Assembly: GCA_042218425.1 (NCBI GenBank)
Contig: JBDGRD010000033.1
Location: forward strand, 1-46,866
Direction of reading: 5' to 3'
Length of the DNA stretch: 46,866 nucleotides
DNA from: Candidatus Nanohaloarchaea archaeon
Lineage (GTDB): Archaea; Nanohalarchaeota; Nanosalinia; Nanosalinales; Nanosalinaceae
Under the pieces are notes generated by a model. That model saw only the letters and a list, made by a program, of their open reading frames with translations. It was not told the origin of the DNA and searched no databases. The position numbers and the translations under genes are program-made. Position 1 is the stretch's first letter, and every line of letters starts with the position of its first letter. Shown here piece after piece: positions 9,952 to 18,045 of the stretch.

Positions 9952-10500
9952 ATGAACGGAGAAGTCAAGATCAAAGAGGTCATGACCGACGGCGTCATAG
10001 CCGTTGAGAAGGAGCAAACCATAGTAGAAGCAGCGAAGATGCTCGAGGAGGAAGGCATCAGAGGTCTCGTGGTCGTTGATGACGGGGAGGCCGTCGGGAT
10101 AATAGTGTGCAGGGACATAGTGTACGAGGTAACATCCCGGCAGATGGACCCTGCAGACACACCTGTAGAGGAAGTGATGTCGACCGACCTCATAGTCGCG
10201 GAGGAGGAAGAGCTTCTCGATGACGTTGCGATGGCGATGGTCAAGAACAATATCTCCCGCGTACCTGTGGTACGGGACGACATGCTTGTCGGGATACTGA
10301 CCCAGTCCGACATCCTCCGGGCCTGGCCTGGCTTCGCCGAGATAATGGAGGAGGAACAGGCTCTCGGTGCCGGGGCAACACCCCAGGAGGAGACCACGAG
10401 CGGCGTCTGCGAGGAATGCGAGAACTACTCCGAGGATCTTGTCGAGATGAGCGGGCGGCTGCTCTGCCCTGAATGCAGGGAAAGCCTCGACACTAGCTGA
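9952..10500 (+). CDS. CBS-pair domain protein with C-terminal CxxC..CxxC zinc ribbon
   Basis: Two CBS repeats are visible (VMTDGVIAVEKEQTIVEAAKML.., VMSTDLIVAEEEELLDDVAMAMVKNNISRVPVV). The C-terminus reads CEECEN..(x16)..CPEC. The ATG at 9952 was chosen because an AT-rich TATA-like box lies at 9922-9938. The track ORF starts at 9901. Confidence 0.8.
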   Translation: MNGEVKIKEVMTDGVIAVEKEQTIVEAAKMLEEEGIRGLVVVDDGEAVGIIVCRDIVYEVTSRQMDPADTPVEEVMSTDLIVAEEEELLDDVAMAMVKNNISRVPVVRDDMLVGILTQSDILRAWPGFAEIMEEEQALGAGATPQEETTSGVCEECENYSEDLVEMSGRLLCPECRESLDTS

Positions 10501-10511
10501 AGCCTAAACTC

Positions 10512-10519
10512 TTTTTATC
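10512..10519 (+). promoter_or_regulatory. TATA-like box (tttttatc) about 20 nt upstream of ATG 10540
   Basis: AT-rich octamer in an otherwise GC-balanced spacer. The same octamer occurs at 9931-9938. The spacing is compatible with a leaderless or short-leader transcript. Confidence 0.4.
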
Positions 10520-10539
10520 AGCGCCTCCAAACAGTCTCT

Positions 10540-10992
10540 ATGGCGATGGAAATAGTCGAGGAAGTAGTGAGGAGACGCCAGACCATAGCCGTAGACGATC
10601 CTGAAGCGGTCTACCCGGAGATAAGGGATCTTCTTGAGAGAAGGATGTACTTCGACCACGTACAGGAGGACAGGTACTTCCATGATGTTGACGAGGGCAA
10701 CATCCGTTCCAAGATAATAACCATAGAGGCGTTCGACAACGTAACAGTGGAGGAGCTGGAGATATACGTACACATAAGCCGGCAGACCCACGAACTCGAC
10801 ATACAGGTGAAAGGCAAGCTCGTCACGGAGTATGAGACCTCGGGCTGGAAAGGCTCCCTCTGGTACTACGCCTACAGAGCCCTGTACGACAAGTTCCTCT
10901 ACGGAGAGGTCCGCCACGGCTACGAGCCAAGTGTGGAGGAAAAGGTAAGCGAATTCATGCACCGTGTACGCGAAAACGTGGAGGCCCGGTAG
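10540..10992 (+). CDS. hypothetical protein, paralog 1 of a three-gene tandem family (possible SRPBCC/Bet v1-like fold)
   Basis: 150 aa and acidic. The N-terminal segment IAVDDPEAVYPEIRDLL.. and the C-terminal helix LWYYAYRALYDKFLYGEV.. align without gaps to the next gene. Confidence 0.7.
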   Translation: MAMEIVEEVVRRRQTIAVDDPEAVYPEIRDLLERRMYFDHVQEDRYFHDVDEGNIRSKIITIEAFDNVTVEELEIYVHISRQTHELDIQVKGKLVTEYETSGWKGSLWYYAYRALYDKFLYGEVRHGYEPSVEEKVSEFMHRVRENVEAR

Positions 10993-10993
10993 C

Positions 10994-11617
10994 ATGGTGA
11001 TGTTCAAGGAGCAGATACCTGGGAAGGAGGACGTCATGTTCGTGAAAGAAGACCCGGCCAGGATATACCGCGGTCTGAAGGATATGCTGGTCGACGAGTT
11101 CGACATGGACCGGATAGAGGAGGGCCACATGGAGTTCAACGTGGCCGCTCCAAAGGACAGGGTCAGGATGAACGCCTTCAAGGAGAAAAGCCCGCACACC
11201 GTCATCAGGTACCGGCTCTCGATGAAGGCCAAGAGCCCCAAGAGAATCTACAAGGAGGAGCGGACGGAAGACATACTCAAGGCAAGAGCCAAGATATACG
11301 CCCAGGTCATAACCGTCTACCCAGGCGGGGAGCCGATTTCCTGGCTGCCCCGCGGAGAATCTGAGTGGCCCGACCAGAGACACGGGCTGCCGGGGCTGAG
11401 AGCCGAGGAAAGAACACGTTTCCAGCGCTCCAAGCTGTATGAGATACTTGCTGGTATATGGTACAACAAGTTCTACTCGAAGGAGATAGAGAGGTACGAG
11501 GAGGAAGCCGAGGAGTCGATGATAAGGATGCTAAACCTGCTCAGGGAAAGATTTGGGGTGGAGAAGGCTGTGGCCCGGACAGGCGCCAGCCACTACCAGC
11601 CACCCTGGAGGAGGTAG
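10994..11617 (+). CDS. hypothetical protein, paralog 2 of the tandem family
   Basis: The ATG lies 1 nt after the stop of paralog 1. FVKEDPARIYRGLKDMLVDEFDMDRIEE.. and ..LYEILAGIWYNKFYSKEIERYEEEAEE align to paralog 1. There is a central insertion. Confidence 0.7.
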   Translation: MVMFKEQIPGKEDVMFVKEDPARIYRGLKDMLVDEFDMDRIEEGHMEFNVAAPKDRVRMNAFKEKSPHTVIRYRLSMKAKSPKRIYKEERTEDILKARAKIYAQVITVYPGGEPISWLPRGESEWPDQRHGLPGLRAEERTRFQRSKLYEILAGIWYNKFYSKEIERYEEEAEESMIRMLNLLRERFGVEKAVARTGASHYQPPWRR

Positions 11618-11620
11618 CCG

Positions 11621-12277
11621 ATGTCTGAATCAGGTTCATGGTTCGAGGAGCACGTGAAACCCTGGTTCGAGTTCCCGGACCCGGAGAACAACCCGAAGGA
11701 CAACGTCTGGAGCGACTTCCACATTTTCAACAACGAATGGGTGGAGGTCCAGAGCCGGCTGGAGTGGTACGAGAGCCCGAACGTCCCCTCCATATACGAG
11801 GAACACAAGTATATACTCCAGTACAACATGGGGATGAACCGGCCTGAAGAACTCTACTACAAGCAGAACGTGGACTCCAACGATTTCAGGTCCCACATGG
11901 ACGACACCGAGGAGCTTCCGAGCGGCCGCGGCAAACTCCGGCTCAAGCTCCGGATAAGGACGAAATCGGCGCCCTCCGGCGAGAACAACTTCGCCATGGT
12001 CCAGTACCTGGTCGACACAAAGGTGAAGTACGATATACCGAAGGGGATAACATTCCTGCCGCGGTTCCTTGCGAGGCCGCTGAACAAGCTTTTCAGGAAG
12101 GCTTTCTTCAAGTACATCGGCGAGGAGATGATAGAGCGCGACGGCGAATACGCCATAGAAAAGACCAGGGAGTACTTCCAGTACATCCGCAAGTACCACG
12201 GCGAGGAACCCATCCAGACAAAGAGCCGCCAGGCAGAGTTCAAGCCTGTCCCTGAGGAGGGAATCTTCTTCCAGTAA
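11621..12277 (+). CDS. hypothetical protein, probable divergent paralog 3 of the tandem family
   Basis: The start lies 3 nt after the previous stop, with GGAGGAGG upstream. The C-terminal helix PLNKLFRKAFFKYIGEEMIERDGEYAIEKTREYF resembles the C-termini of paralogs 1 and 2. Confidence 0.65.
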   Translation: MSESGSWFEEHVKPWFEFPDPENNPKDNVWSDFHIFNNEWVEVQSRLEWYESPNVPSIYEEHKYILQYNMGMNRPEELYYKQNVDSNDFRSHMDDTEELPSGRGKLRLKLRIRTKSAPSGENNFAMVQYLVDTKVKYDIPKGITFLPRFLARPLNKLFRKAFFKYIGEEMIERDGEYAIEKTREYFQYIRKYHGEEPIQTKSRQAEFKPVPEEGIFFQ

Positions 12278-12436
12278 AAGCCTGAGCGTTCCAGTAGAAA
12301 GAAAAAGCTTTCTAGCGAACAATCATTTGCGGCACAAGAAAGCCGTTGCTGTCCTCGGTCAGCAGGCACGACCAGAGGGACTGGGATGAGTGTCTGCGTT
12401 ACAGGGCAGCTCTGTTCTTGAGCGAGGGGGTGGACG

Positions 12437-12694
12437 ATGGCAAAGATATACGTAAAAGTGGAGCCAGGTTCGGAAGAATTTTCTGTAGAGACCGAAGGCA
12501 TGTTCCCCCGAGTACACCTGACCGAGGAAGCGGAGAACGGGAGAGCCAACTCGGAGCTTCTAGACCGGCTTGAAGGCATACTGGGCCAGAAACCAGGCAT
12601 AATATCGGGCCACAGGTCGCGGCGAAAACAGGTAAAGGTCGACCTCCCGAAGGAAGAGATAATGCAGAAACTGGAGGCTGAAAGAGATGGGTAA
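12437..12694 (+). CDS. DUF167/YggU-family small protein
   Basis: 85 aa. The pattern is KVEPGSEEFSV...V.L....ENGRANSELLDRLEGILG....I.SGHRSRRKQVKV. A GGGGGTG SD is present. It overlaps the dnaG start by 8 nt. Confidence 0.75.
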   Translation: MAKIYVKVEPGSEEFSVETEGMFPRVHLTEEAENGRANSELLDRLEGILGQKPGIISGHRSRRKQVKVDLPKEEIMQKLEAERDG

Positions 12695-13820
12695 AGTAGC
12701 GCAGAACTCGACCAAGTACCTCATAAAGGCCGAGCTAAGCTCTTCCGGTCTCGTGGAGAAACCTGACGTCGTCGGCGCGCTTTTCGGCCAGACGGAAGGG
12801 CTCCTCGGAGAGGATATGGACCTGCGCGAACTCCAGGAGCGCGGCAGGATAGGCCGCATACAGGTCGAGGTCGAGAAAGAGGACGGCTCCTCCACGGCGA
12901 CGATAGAGATACCTTCATCGCTTGACTCGACGAACACTGCGATACTGGCTGCAGCGCTCGAGACCATCGACCGTGTCGGCCCCACGAACGCCAATATAGA
13001 GGTCAAGGAGATAAGAGATGAGCGTGTCTCGAAGCAGGACTACATAAGGAAGCGGGCCAAGCAGCTTCTGGAGGAGCTGCAGGACGACCAGCCCAGCCAG
13101 CAGGAGATAACTGAAGAGGTGAAGCAGGATGTCAGGAGACAGGAGATAACGGAGTACGCCGGGTTCGAATCGGGGCCCGAGGCCGAGGATGCGGATGAAA
13201 TCGTGCTGGTAGAGGGCCGCGCAGATCTTCTTAACCTCCTGAAGCACGGCGTGAAGAACGCCGTTGCTATTGGCGGGACCGATGTTCCTGCGAAGCTTGA
13301 AGACGCTGTCGAAGATGCAGAGCTGACCGCGTTCCTCGACGGCGACAGGGGTGGCGACCTGATACTTGAGGAGCTGAAGGAGAAGGTAGACCTGGAATAC
13401 GTCGCCCGCGCACCAGACCACAAGGAGGTCGAGGAGCTCGGGAAGGAAGAGGTATACTCCCGCCTCAGAGACCGGGAGGACCCCAAGTACTTCGATTGTG
13501 ATGTTGAAGAGGAGGTGGATGAAAAACGTGTTACAGAGTTCCGGGAGATACTTGGCCAGCTGGTGGGTACCCGCGCGGCGTACATCCTCGATTCGGACCT
13601 GGAGGTAGAATCTAAGAGGCCGGTCGACACCCTTACAGAGGAACTGGAGTCGCTGGAGTCGTGCCACGCGGTCGTGTTCGACGGAGAGATAGACCAGGAC
13701 ATAGTCGAGAAAGTTGAAGAGTTGGATGCCAGCTTCCTGGTCGGCATGGAGAAGGACGGCTACGCGAACTCCTCCAGCGTGGATATAATAACACAGGAAG
13801 AACTCGAGGTCCAGGTCTGA
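12687..13820 (+). CDS. dnaG: archaeal DnaG-type primase / exosome-associated Toprim protein
   Basis: The N-terminus is YLIKAELSSSGLVEKPDVVGALFGQTEGLLGEDMDLRELQERGRIGRI. The Toprim motifs are VLVEGRADLLNL and DGDRGGDLI. Confidence 0.92.
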   Translation: MGKVAQNSTKYLIKAELSSSGLVEKPDVVGALFGQTEGLLGEDMDLRELQERGRIGRIQVEVEKEDGSSTATIEIPSSLDSTNTAILAAALETIDRVGPTNANIEVKEIRDERVSKQDYIRKRAKQLLEELQDDQPSQQEITEEVKQDVRRQEITEYAGFESGPEAEDADEIVLVEGRADLLNLLKHGVKNAVAIGGTDVPAKLEDAVEDAELTAFLDGDRGGDLILEELKEKVDLEYVARAPDHKEVEELGKEEVYSRLRDREDPKYFDCDVEEEVDEKRVTEFREILGQLVGTRAAYILDSDLEVESKRPVDTLTEELESLESCHAVVFDGEIDQDIVEKVEELDASFLVGMEKDGYANSSSVDIITQEELEVQV

Positions 13821-13852
13821 AACCGGACGAGATTTAAGATTTAGACCCTTAA

Positions 13853-14569
13853 ATGGCTTTTATGGGGGGCTGGAGTGCTTCTGTCGACAGATTTCTGAAC
13901 GGCGATTCCGTCTCTGACCCCGGCGATTTTGCGAGGCTGCTGGGCCGCGAGATAGAGGAATGGTATCCGGCCGCGAGCTGCGGAATAACACAGGATGAAG
14001 CCTCTGACAGAGACCTGATAAGCGGGGGAGAGATAAAGAGCATAGCCAGCAGCCTGGAGAACTACGTGGCCGAGAATTACCGGGGCGAGATTGTCGACAA
14101 CGGCGCCGTCGATGTCCGTCTGGGGCTGTCTGAAAGAGCACAGGGCTGGCCGGTACAGGTGAAGTCAACCACTTTATACGTCTTCCGGGGCCTGAAGGAT
14201 GATTTTACACCGGATGTCAGGGAGGGTGCGTTCAAGCTGAGAGAGGAGCAGTTCGACAAGCTCCCGGATGAATCGCTCTTGGCGTTTTACGTCTACAACC
14301 CGTCCAGCACGGAAACCGAGAGAGGGATAGACACCGTCTACGTTGAGAACGAGGGGATGTACGCCGAGGTTCTTGGAGAGCTTGTTCTGCCCAAGACGAT
14401 GGTCGAGGAGGCCGTGGAGCTTCCATGGTACGAAAACGGCCATTTTGAACTCAAGTGGACAGACCTCTTCGGAGTGTCAAAGCATGGAAGCCCTATATAC
14501 CAGGATATAGTGGCCCGGAACAGGCAGGAGAAAAACCAGGACCCGAGCTTTGAGATAACCGAGTACTAG
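13853..14569 (+). CDS. hypothetical protein, weak PD-(D/E)xK nuclease-like pattern
   Basis: 238 aa and acidic. The segment SLENYVAENY..GAVDVRL..WPVQVKST resembles an E...D...(E/Q)xK restriction-endonuclease-fold core. The start could instead be the ATG at 13862. Confidence 0.6.
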   Translation: MAFMGGWSASVDRFLNGDSVSDPGDFARLLGREIEEWYPAASCGITQDEASDRDLISGGEIKSIASSLENYVAENYRGEIVDNGAVDVRLGLSERAQGWPVQVKSTTLYVFRGLKDDFTPDVREGAFKLREEQFDKLPDESLLAFYVYNPSSTETERGIDTVYVENEGMYAEVLGELVLPKTMVEEAVELPWYENGHFELKWTDLFGVSKHGSPIYQDIVARNRQEKNQDPSFEITEY

Positions 14570-14574
14570 GAAAA

Positions 14575-14726
14575 AGCCCCGACCGGGATTTGAACCCGGG
14601 ATCTGTCCCTGTCTCGCGTCAGGAAGTTTTCCTGAAAGCCATGCGAAGCATGGTTTGATGCGCACTGCACTGCGCATCGGCAGGCGTTACGAGGGGACCG
14701 CTCTAGCCAGGCTGAGCCATCGAGGC
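14575..14726 (-). tRNA. tRNA-Thr(CGU) with a 77-nt intron at canonical position 37/38
   Basis: - Hand-folded cloverleaf: acceptor GCCUCGA/UCGGGGC, D arm GCUC-AGCCUGGCUA-GAGC, anticodon arm GUCCC-CUCGUAA-GGGAC, T arm CCGGG-UUCAAAU-CCCGG, discriminator U.
- No CCA is encoded, and an oligo-T run follows.
- Exon 1 is 14688-14726, the intron is 14611-14687 and exon 2 is 14575-14610.
- A BHB-like motif is present: helix CUCG/CGAG flanked by the 3-nt bulges UAA and ACA. Confidence 0.85.
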
Positions 14727-15446
14727 TTAATACCTGAATAGGGATTCGTCCAGTGAGATTCTTAACTGTTGGTCCAGCCTGAGGCTGCTGTCTTCTTTCG
14801 CTGTCGCTGATTCGATGTAGTCAGAACTCTGCTCCAGGAGTTCTGCGGCCTCTTCCATGCTCCGAGACGCTTCGTACACTCCGCTGACAGCGAAGTTGGT
14901 GTACATCTCCTCAACGTCGCTGGCGAAACTCTGCCAGTCATCAGGCTGGTGGTAGTCTTCCGGGAAGCTCTTCACGTCCCCTATCTCGCAGAGGTCTATG
15001 AGCTTCAGTCCGCCGTCGAAGTAATGGAGGTTCTCCCATACAAGATCTGTGAAAGCTGTGTCGCTTGATACCGCCCTGTCCATGAGTTCCACGCCGTCCA
15101 GGAAGCGCTTCCTGTAGTTATCGTCGTCCAGTCCCTCAAGGAGTCCGTGGTCAGACATTTCCGCCGAAACCACCGTTCTCGTCCCGCTGTAGCCGGCATC
15201 CGAGAGATCGTAGACCCTCATTTCTATGTCAGGTATGAGGGAGCTGTCTATCCGCGCCAGCCGTCTTGCCAGCTCTTCGTGGCTGCCGGGATAGGGAACC
15301 TTCACTATCCTGTCGGGGAGCGCGTCTTCATGGCTGTAAACGTCCTTGGTGTACTTCTGGCTGAGCTGCTCGCCGTCCTGTATAACATTTATCACGTCTT
15401 CTTCCGCCGGTCCCTCGTTCCGGATTATCTCTGCGTCTTCCTGCAT
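14727..15446 (-). CDS. hypothetical protein with divergent protein-kinase-like (Bud32/RIO/APH-like) features
   Basis: 239 aa. RIVKVPYP is a candidate Lys-containing beta3 strand. FTDLVWENLHYFDGGLKLIDLCEIG resembles a catalytic loop plus a DFG-like segment. No glycine-rich loop was seen. Confidence 0.55.
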   Translation of the reverse strand: MQEDAEIIRNEGPAEEDVINVIQDGEQLSQKYTKDVYSHEDALPDRIVKVPYPGSHEELARRLARIDSSLIPDIEMRVYDLSDAGYSGTRTVVSAEMSDHGLLEGLDDDNYRKRFLDGVELMDRAVSSDTAFTDLVWENLHYFDGGLKLIDLCEIGDVKSFPEDYHQPDDWQSFASDVEEMYTNFAVSGVYEASRSMEEAAELLEQSSDYIESATAKEDSSLRLDQQLRISLDESLFRY

Positions 15447-15537
15447 CGCTTTGACGTTATCAACGCTGAAATGTATAAACCAGGTGGCGGGAAATGATTT
15501 AAACGGGCTTCTACCTTTTACTCTTATTGGTGTTTTT

Positions 15538-15735
15538 ATGGAAGATAGAATCGGTGAAACGGCAGGATACGTCTGGGATTACCTCGAAGCTGAAGGAGAA
15601 AGCTCTGTAACCTCTGTGGTGAACGCTATAGAGGTTCCAAGCACGAAGGTCTACATGGCTATCGGCTGGCTGGCGAAAGAAGATGAAGTAGAGTTCATAG
15701 AGAAGGGCAGGGGCAACGCCGTCCGGCTGAAGTAA
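15538..15735 (+). CDS. small winged-helix protein (DUF2582-like)
   Basis: 65 aa: MEDRIGETAGYVWDYLEAEGESSVTSVVNAIEVPSTKVYMAIGWLAKEDEVEFIEKGRGNAVRLK. The internal ATG of track ORF 15346..15735 was chosen because the upstream part overlaps the divergent gene. Confidence 0.65.
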   Translation: MEDRIGETAGYVWDYLEAEGESSVTSVVNAIEVPSTKVYMAIGWLAKEDEVEFIEKGRGNAVRLK

Positions 15736-15768
15736 TATCTTTTATCTCTACCTTCCGCATCCTTTTGC

Positions 15769-16734
15769 ATGTCTCTTAGAGATGGAGCTGAGACGATAGT
15801 CAACCAGTGTCTCAAAATCGATTCCTCTGAATCCGTTGTCGTCGTCAACGATGGTCTGGACCAGGATCTTATCGATTCGCTGCTTTCGGCTCTTGAGAGA
15901 AACGGTAACGATTACCGCTATATCGAGTACGAGGAGCCCAAGAGCCAGGGTGCAGAACCTCCAGAGGAAGTGGCACGCGCCCTGGAGGAGTCCGATGTCT
16001 TCATAGCCCCGACTCTGAAATCGCTATCACACACGCAGGCGGTCCAGGAGGCATGCGGGGCTGGAGCAAGAGGCGCCACGCTTCCGACTATAAACAAGAA
16101 AATCTGGAATGAAGGCCTCCAGGCCGACTACTCCCGGGTAAAGGAGATCACCGAGACGGTCTACGAGATCCTGGCCGGTGTCGACGAAGTCAGTATAGAA
16201 GGGCCGGGAGGCACCGACCTCAGTTTCAGGGTGGAGTACGACTCATTCATCACCGACCCGGGTATCTTGACAGAAGGAGGAAAGTTTGTCAACCTGCCCT
16301 CAGGCGAGGTGCACGGCGGCGTGGTCGACATGAACGGAACGTTTGTTATCGACCACTTCAAACCCTTCGCTACGGATGCGGAGGGCTCGAAGGTCGAGAT
16401 AAGGGACAGCAAGGTCGTCGCCGTTGAGTCAGAAGCGGAGAACGAGTTCGAGCGCGTCCTCGAACGCGTTGAGGGCGCCAGAAACATCGCCGAGTTCGGT
16501 TTCGGTACGAACCCGGAGGCAGAGATCATAGGCAACCCGCTCCAGGACGAAAAGGTCCTCGGCACTATACACATCGCTTTCGGGGACAATGCCCACTACT
16601 TCCCTGAAGGACATCCGAGGAGAACCCTGAGCGACATCCACTGGGATTCGGTTCTCGAATCTCCGACAGTCTACTTCGACGACAGGAAGGTTCTGGACGC
16701 CGGAAAGCCGGTCTTCATGGAGAAATTTTTATAA
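15769..16734 (+). CDS. M29-family (aminopeptidase T-like) metallopeptidase
   Basis: The N-terminus GAETIVNQCLKIDSSESVVVVND is family-typical. Other motifs are LPSGEVH, FGFGTNP and LGTIHIAFGDN. Confidence 0.75.
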   Translation: MSLRDGAETIVNQCLKIDSSESVVVVNDGLDQDLIDSLLSALERNGNDYRYIEYEEPKSQGAEPPEEVARALEESDVFIAPTLKSLSHTQAVQEACGAGARGATLPTINKKIWNEGLQADYSRVKEITETVYEILAGVDEVSIEGPGGTDLSFRVEYDSFITDPGILTEGGKFVNLPSGEVHGGVVDMNGTFVIDHFKPFATDAEGSKVEIRDSKVVAVESEAENEFERVLERVEGARNIAEFGFGTNPEAEIIGNPLQDEKVLGTIHIAFGDNAHYFPEGHPRRTLSDIHWDSVLESPTVYFDDRKVLDAGKPVFMEKFL

Positions 16735-16904
16735 CCGTTCCAGGTCATATCGTTTACACGTATGAGCGCCACGGCTGTCGACAGCGTTTCTGAATCAGTC
16801 TGGACAGCCGCTGCTATCAAGGATTCCAAGTTTACCACCAAGTTTGGGGCCAATATCACCTTTAATTAAGGCCCCAGGACCATTTCCTCCGAGGTTTCCT
16901 CTGC

Positions 16905-17609
16905 ATGGTTCTGGAACAGCTAAGAGACGGCGCTTCACGGCAACTGTCCGCGTTCGACGAGGGCACGCGCAACCTTCTCCTGGTGCTGTGCCTCCCGCTT
17001 GTCGACGGGGTTTTCGCCACTCTACTGGTGACGGGCGCCTTCCAGACGTTCTCGGATATGGTGGCCATCGCCCTGACAGTGTTCACCGGTGCTGGCGCGG
17101 TGGCAGTGCTTTACTCGTATGCTGATACGTCCAGGGAGGCGCGGAAGATGGTCTTCAGGGTCGCCCCGCTTCTCCTGGCAGGCGCTGTACTTGAGGCCTT
17201 AGTGGCCCCGGTATTCGAGCAGATGTTCTACGTCGGCCGCCTGAAGTACGCCGCAGGACTCGCCCTGCTCGCCATCTCTGCCCAGCTATCGGGCGTAAAG
17301 ATGTCTGACAGGTTCCCGGTACCGGCCATAATACTGACCGGCCTGGTGGTGTCTCTCAGGAGCCCTGCTGCTTTCGCTCTCAGCCTCGGTTACGTTGCTC
17401 CGGCGGTTTTCACTGCGGCAGTGGCTGTGGCCTCTCTGTATCTCTCGACCTACCTGTTGAACCACAGGATGAGACTGCGGTATATCAGGCGCGGCGGCTC
17501 CATAGTCCTTCTCATAATCAGCCTGTCGATGTTCGGCCTGGAACTGCCTTCAGAACTCGGTCTCGCAGTCTTCGCGGCATCTGTACTGGCTTCCATCCGG
17601 CGCTCATAG
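16905..17609 (+). CDS. integral membrane protein, unknown function
   Basis: 234 aa with about 6 hydrophobic segments and a short cytoplasmic N-terminus. A TATA-like ttaattaa lies at about 16864-16871. Confidence 0.7.
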   Translation: MVLEQLRDGASRQLSAFDEGTRNLLLVLCLPLVDGVFATLLVTGAFQTFSDMVAIALTVFTGAGAVAVLYSYADTSREARKMVFRVAPLLLAGAVLEALVAPVFEQMFYVGRLKYAAGLALLAISAQLSGVKMSDRFPVPAIILTGLVVSLRSPAAFALSLGYVAPAVFTAAVAVASLYLSTYLLNHRMRLRYIRRGGSIVLLIISLSMFGLELPSELGLAVFAASVLASIRRS

Positions 17610-18002
17610 GCTGAAGGTTTCTACTCTCACGCTTCCCTGCTCTTTCGCCCGACGGGCGAGACGTACTACAAGGCGTTCCCTGAACGGTCGGAACACCAGT
17701 AGCACGCCTATCAGATCTGTCACCAGGCCGGGAGTCAATAACAGGAGGCCGCTTGCAAGAAGCATGAAGCCCTCCATAACGTTTCTCGACATCTCTTCGA
17801 CAGTTATAGACGACTGGAGCTTCTTTAAGACAAATCTACCTTCTCTGCGGATAAGCTCCGCTCCTGCTACGCCGGTTAAAAGTATTATGCCGATTGTCTG
17901 CCAGAATCCGACGGTTTCCGCCACTTTTACGAGTAGAAAAAGGTCGACAAACGGCAGTACAAGAAACGCGATGAGGACGAATCGGAGCACGGTTAAAGTC
18001 AT
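17604..18002 (-). CDS. fxsA: FxsA-family membrane protein
   Basis: LLLLTPGLVTDLIGVLLVFRPFR together with the N-terminal PFVDLFLLVKVAETVG match the FxsA pattern. Confidence 0.8.
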   Translation of the reverse strand: MTLTVLRFVLIAFLVLPFVDLFLLVKVAETVGFWQTIGIILLTGVAGAELIRREGRFVLKKLQSSITVEEMSRNVMEGFMLLASGLLLLTPGLVTDLIGVLLVFRPFRERLVVRLARRAKEQGSVRVETFSL

Positions 18003-18045
18003 GCCCGTGTTGGAATTTTAAACATTTACCTGCCAAATTATTCTT

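Noticed and set aside
10504-11241. Long antisense or shadow ORFs opposite well-supported genes. Examples: 10504-11241(-), 11636-12322(-), 12915-13667(-), 21500-22318(+), 25563-26285(-), 34906-35673(+), 37618-38421(+), 41566-42456(+), 44730-45461(-) and 45513-46205(-).
   Set aside because: Each lies opposite a gene with clear family motifs. Their translations are Arg/Ser/Pro/Leu-rich low-complexity sequences, unlike the acidic local proteome. This is typical of stop-codon-poor antisense frames in GC-biased coding DNA.
14611-14687. Possible box C/D guide RNA inside the tRNA-Thr intron, by analogy with the haloarchaeal tRNA-Trp intron.
   Set aside because: Only a CUGA (D-like) near the 3' end and a poor C-box match (CCGAUGC against RUGAUGA) are present. 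There are no C'/D' boxes, and the three perfect hairpins use up almost all the nucleotides that would have to be guide regions.
16855-16872. TTAATTAA palindrome and a ccaagttt direct repeat upstream of membrane protein gene 16905.
   Set aside because: The position about 35 nt upstream of the ATG fits an ordinary TATA box. The 8-nt direct repeat is too short to interpret.
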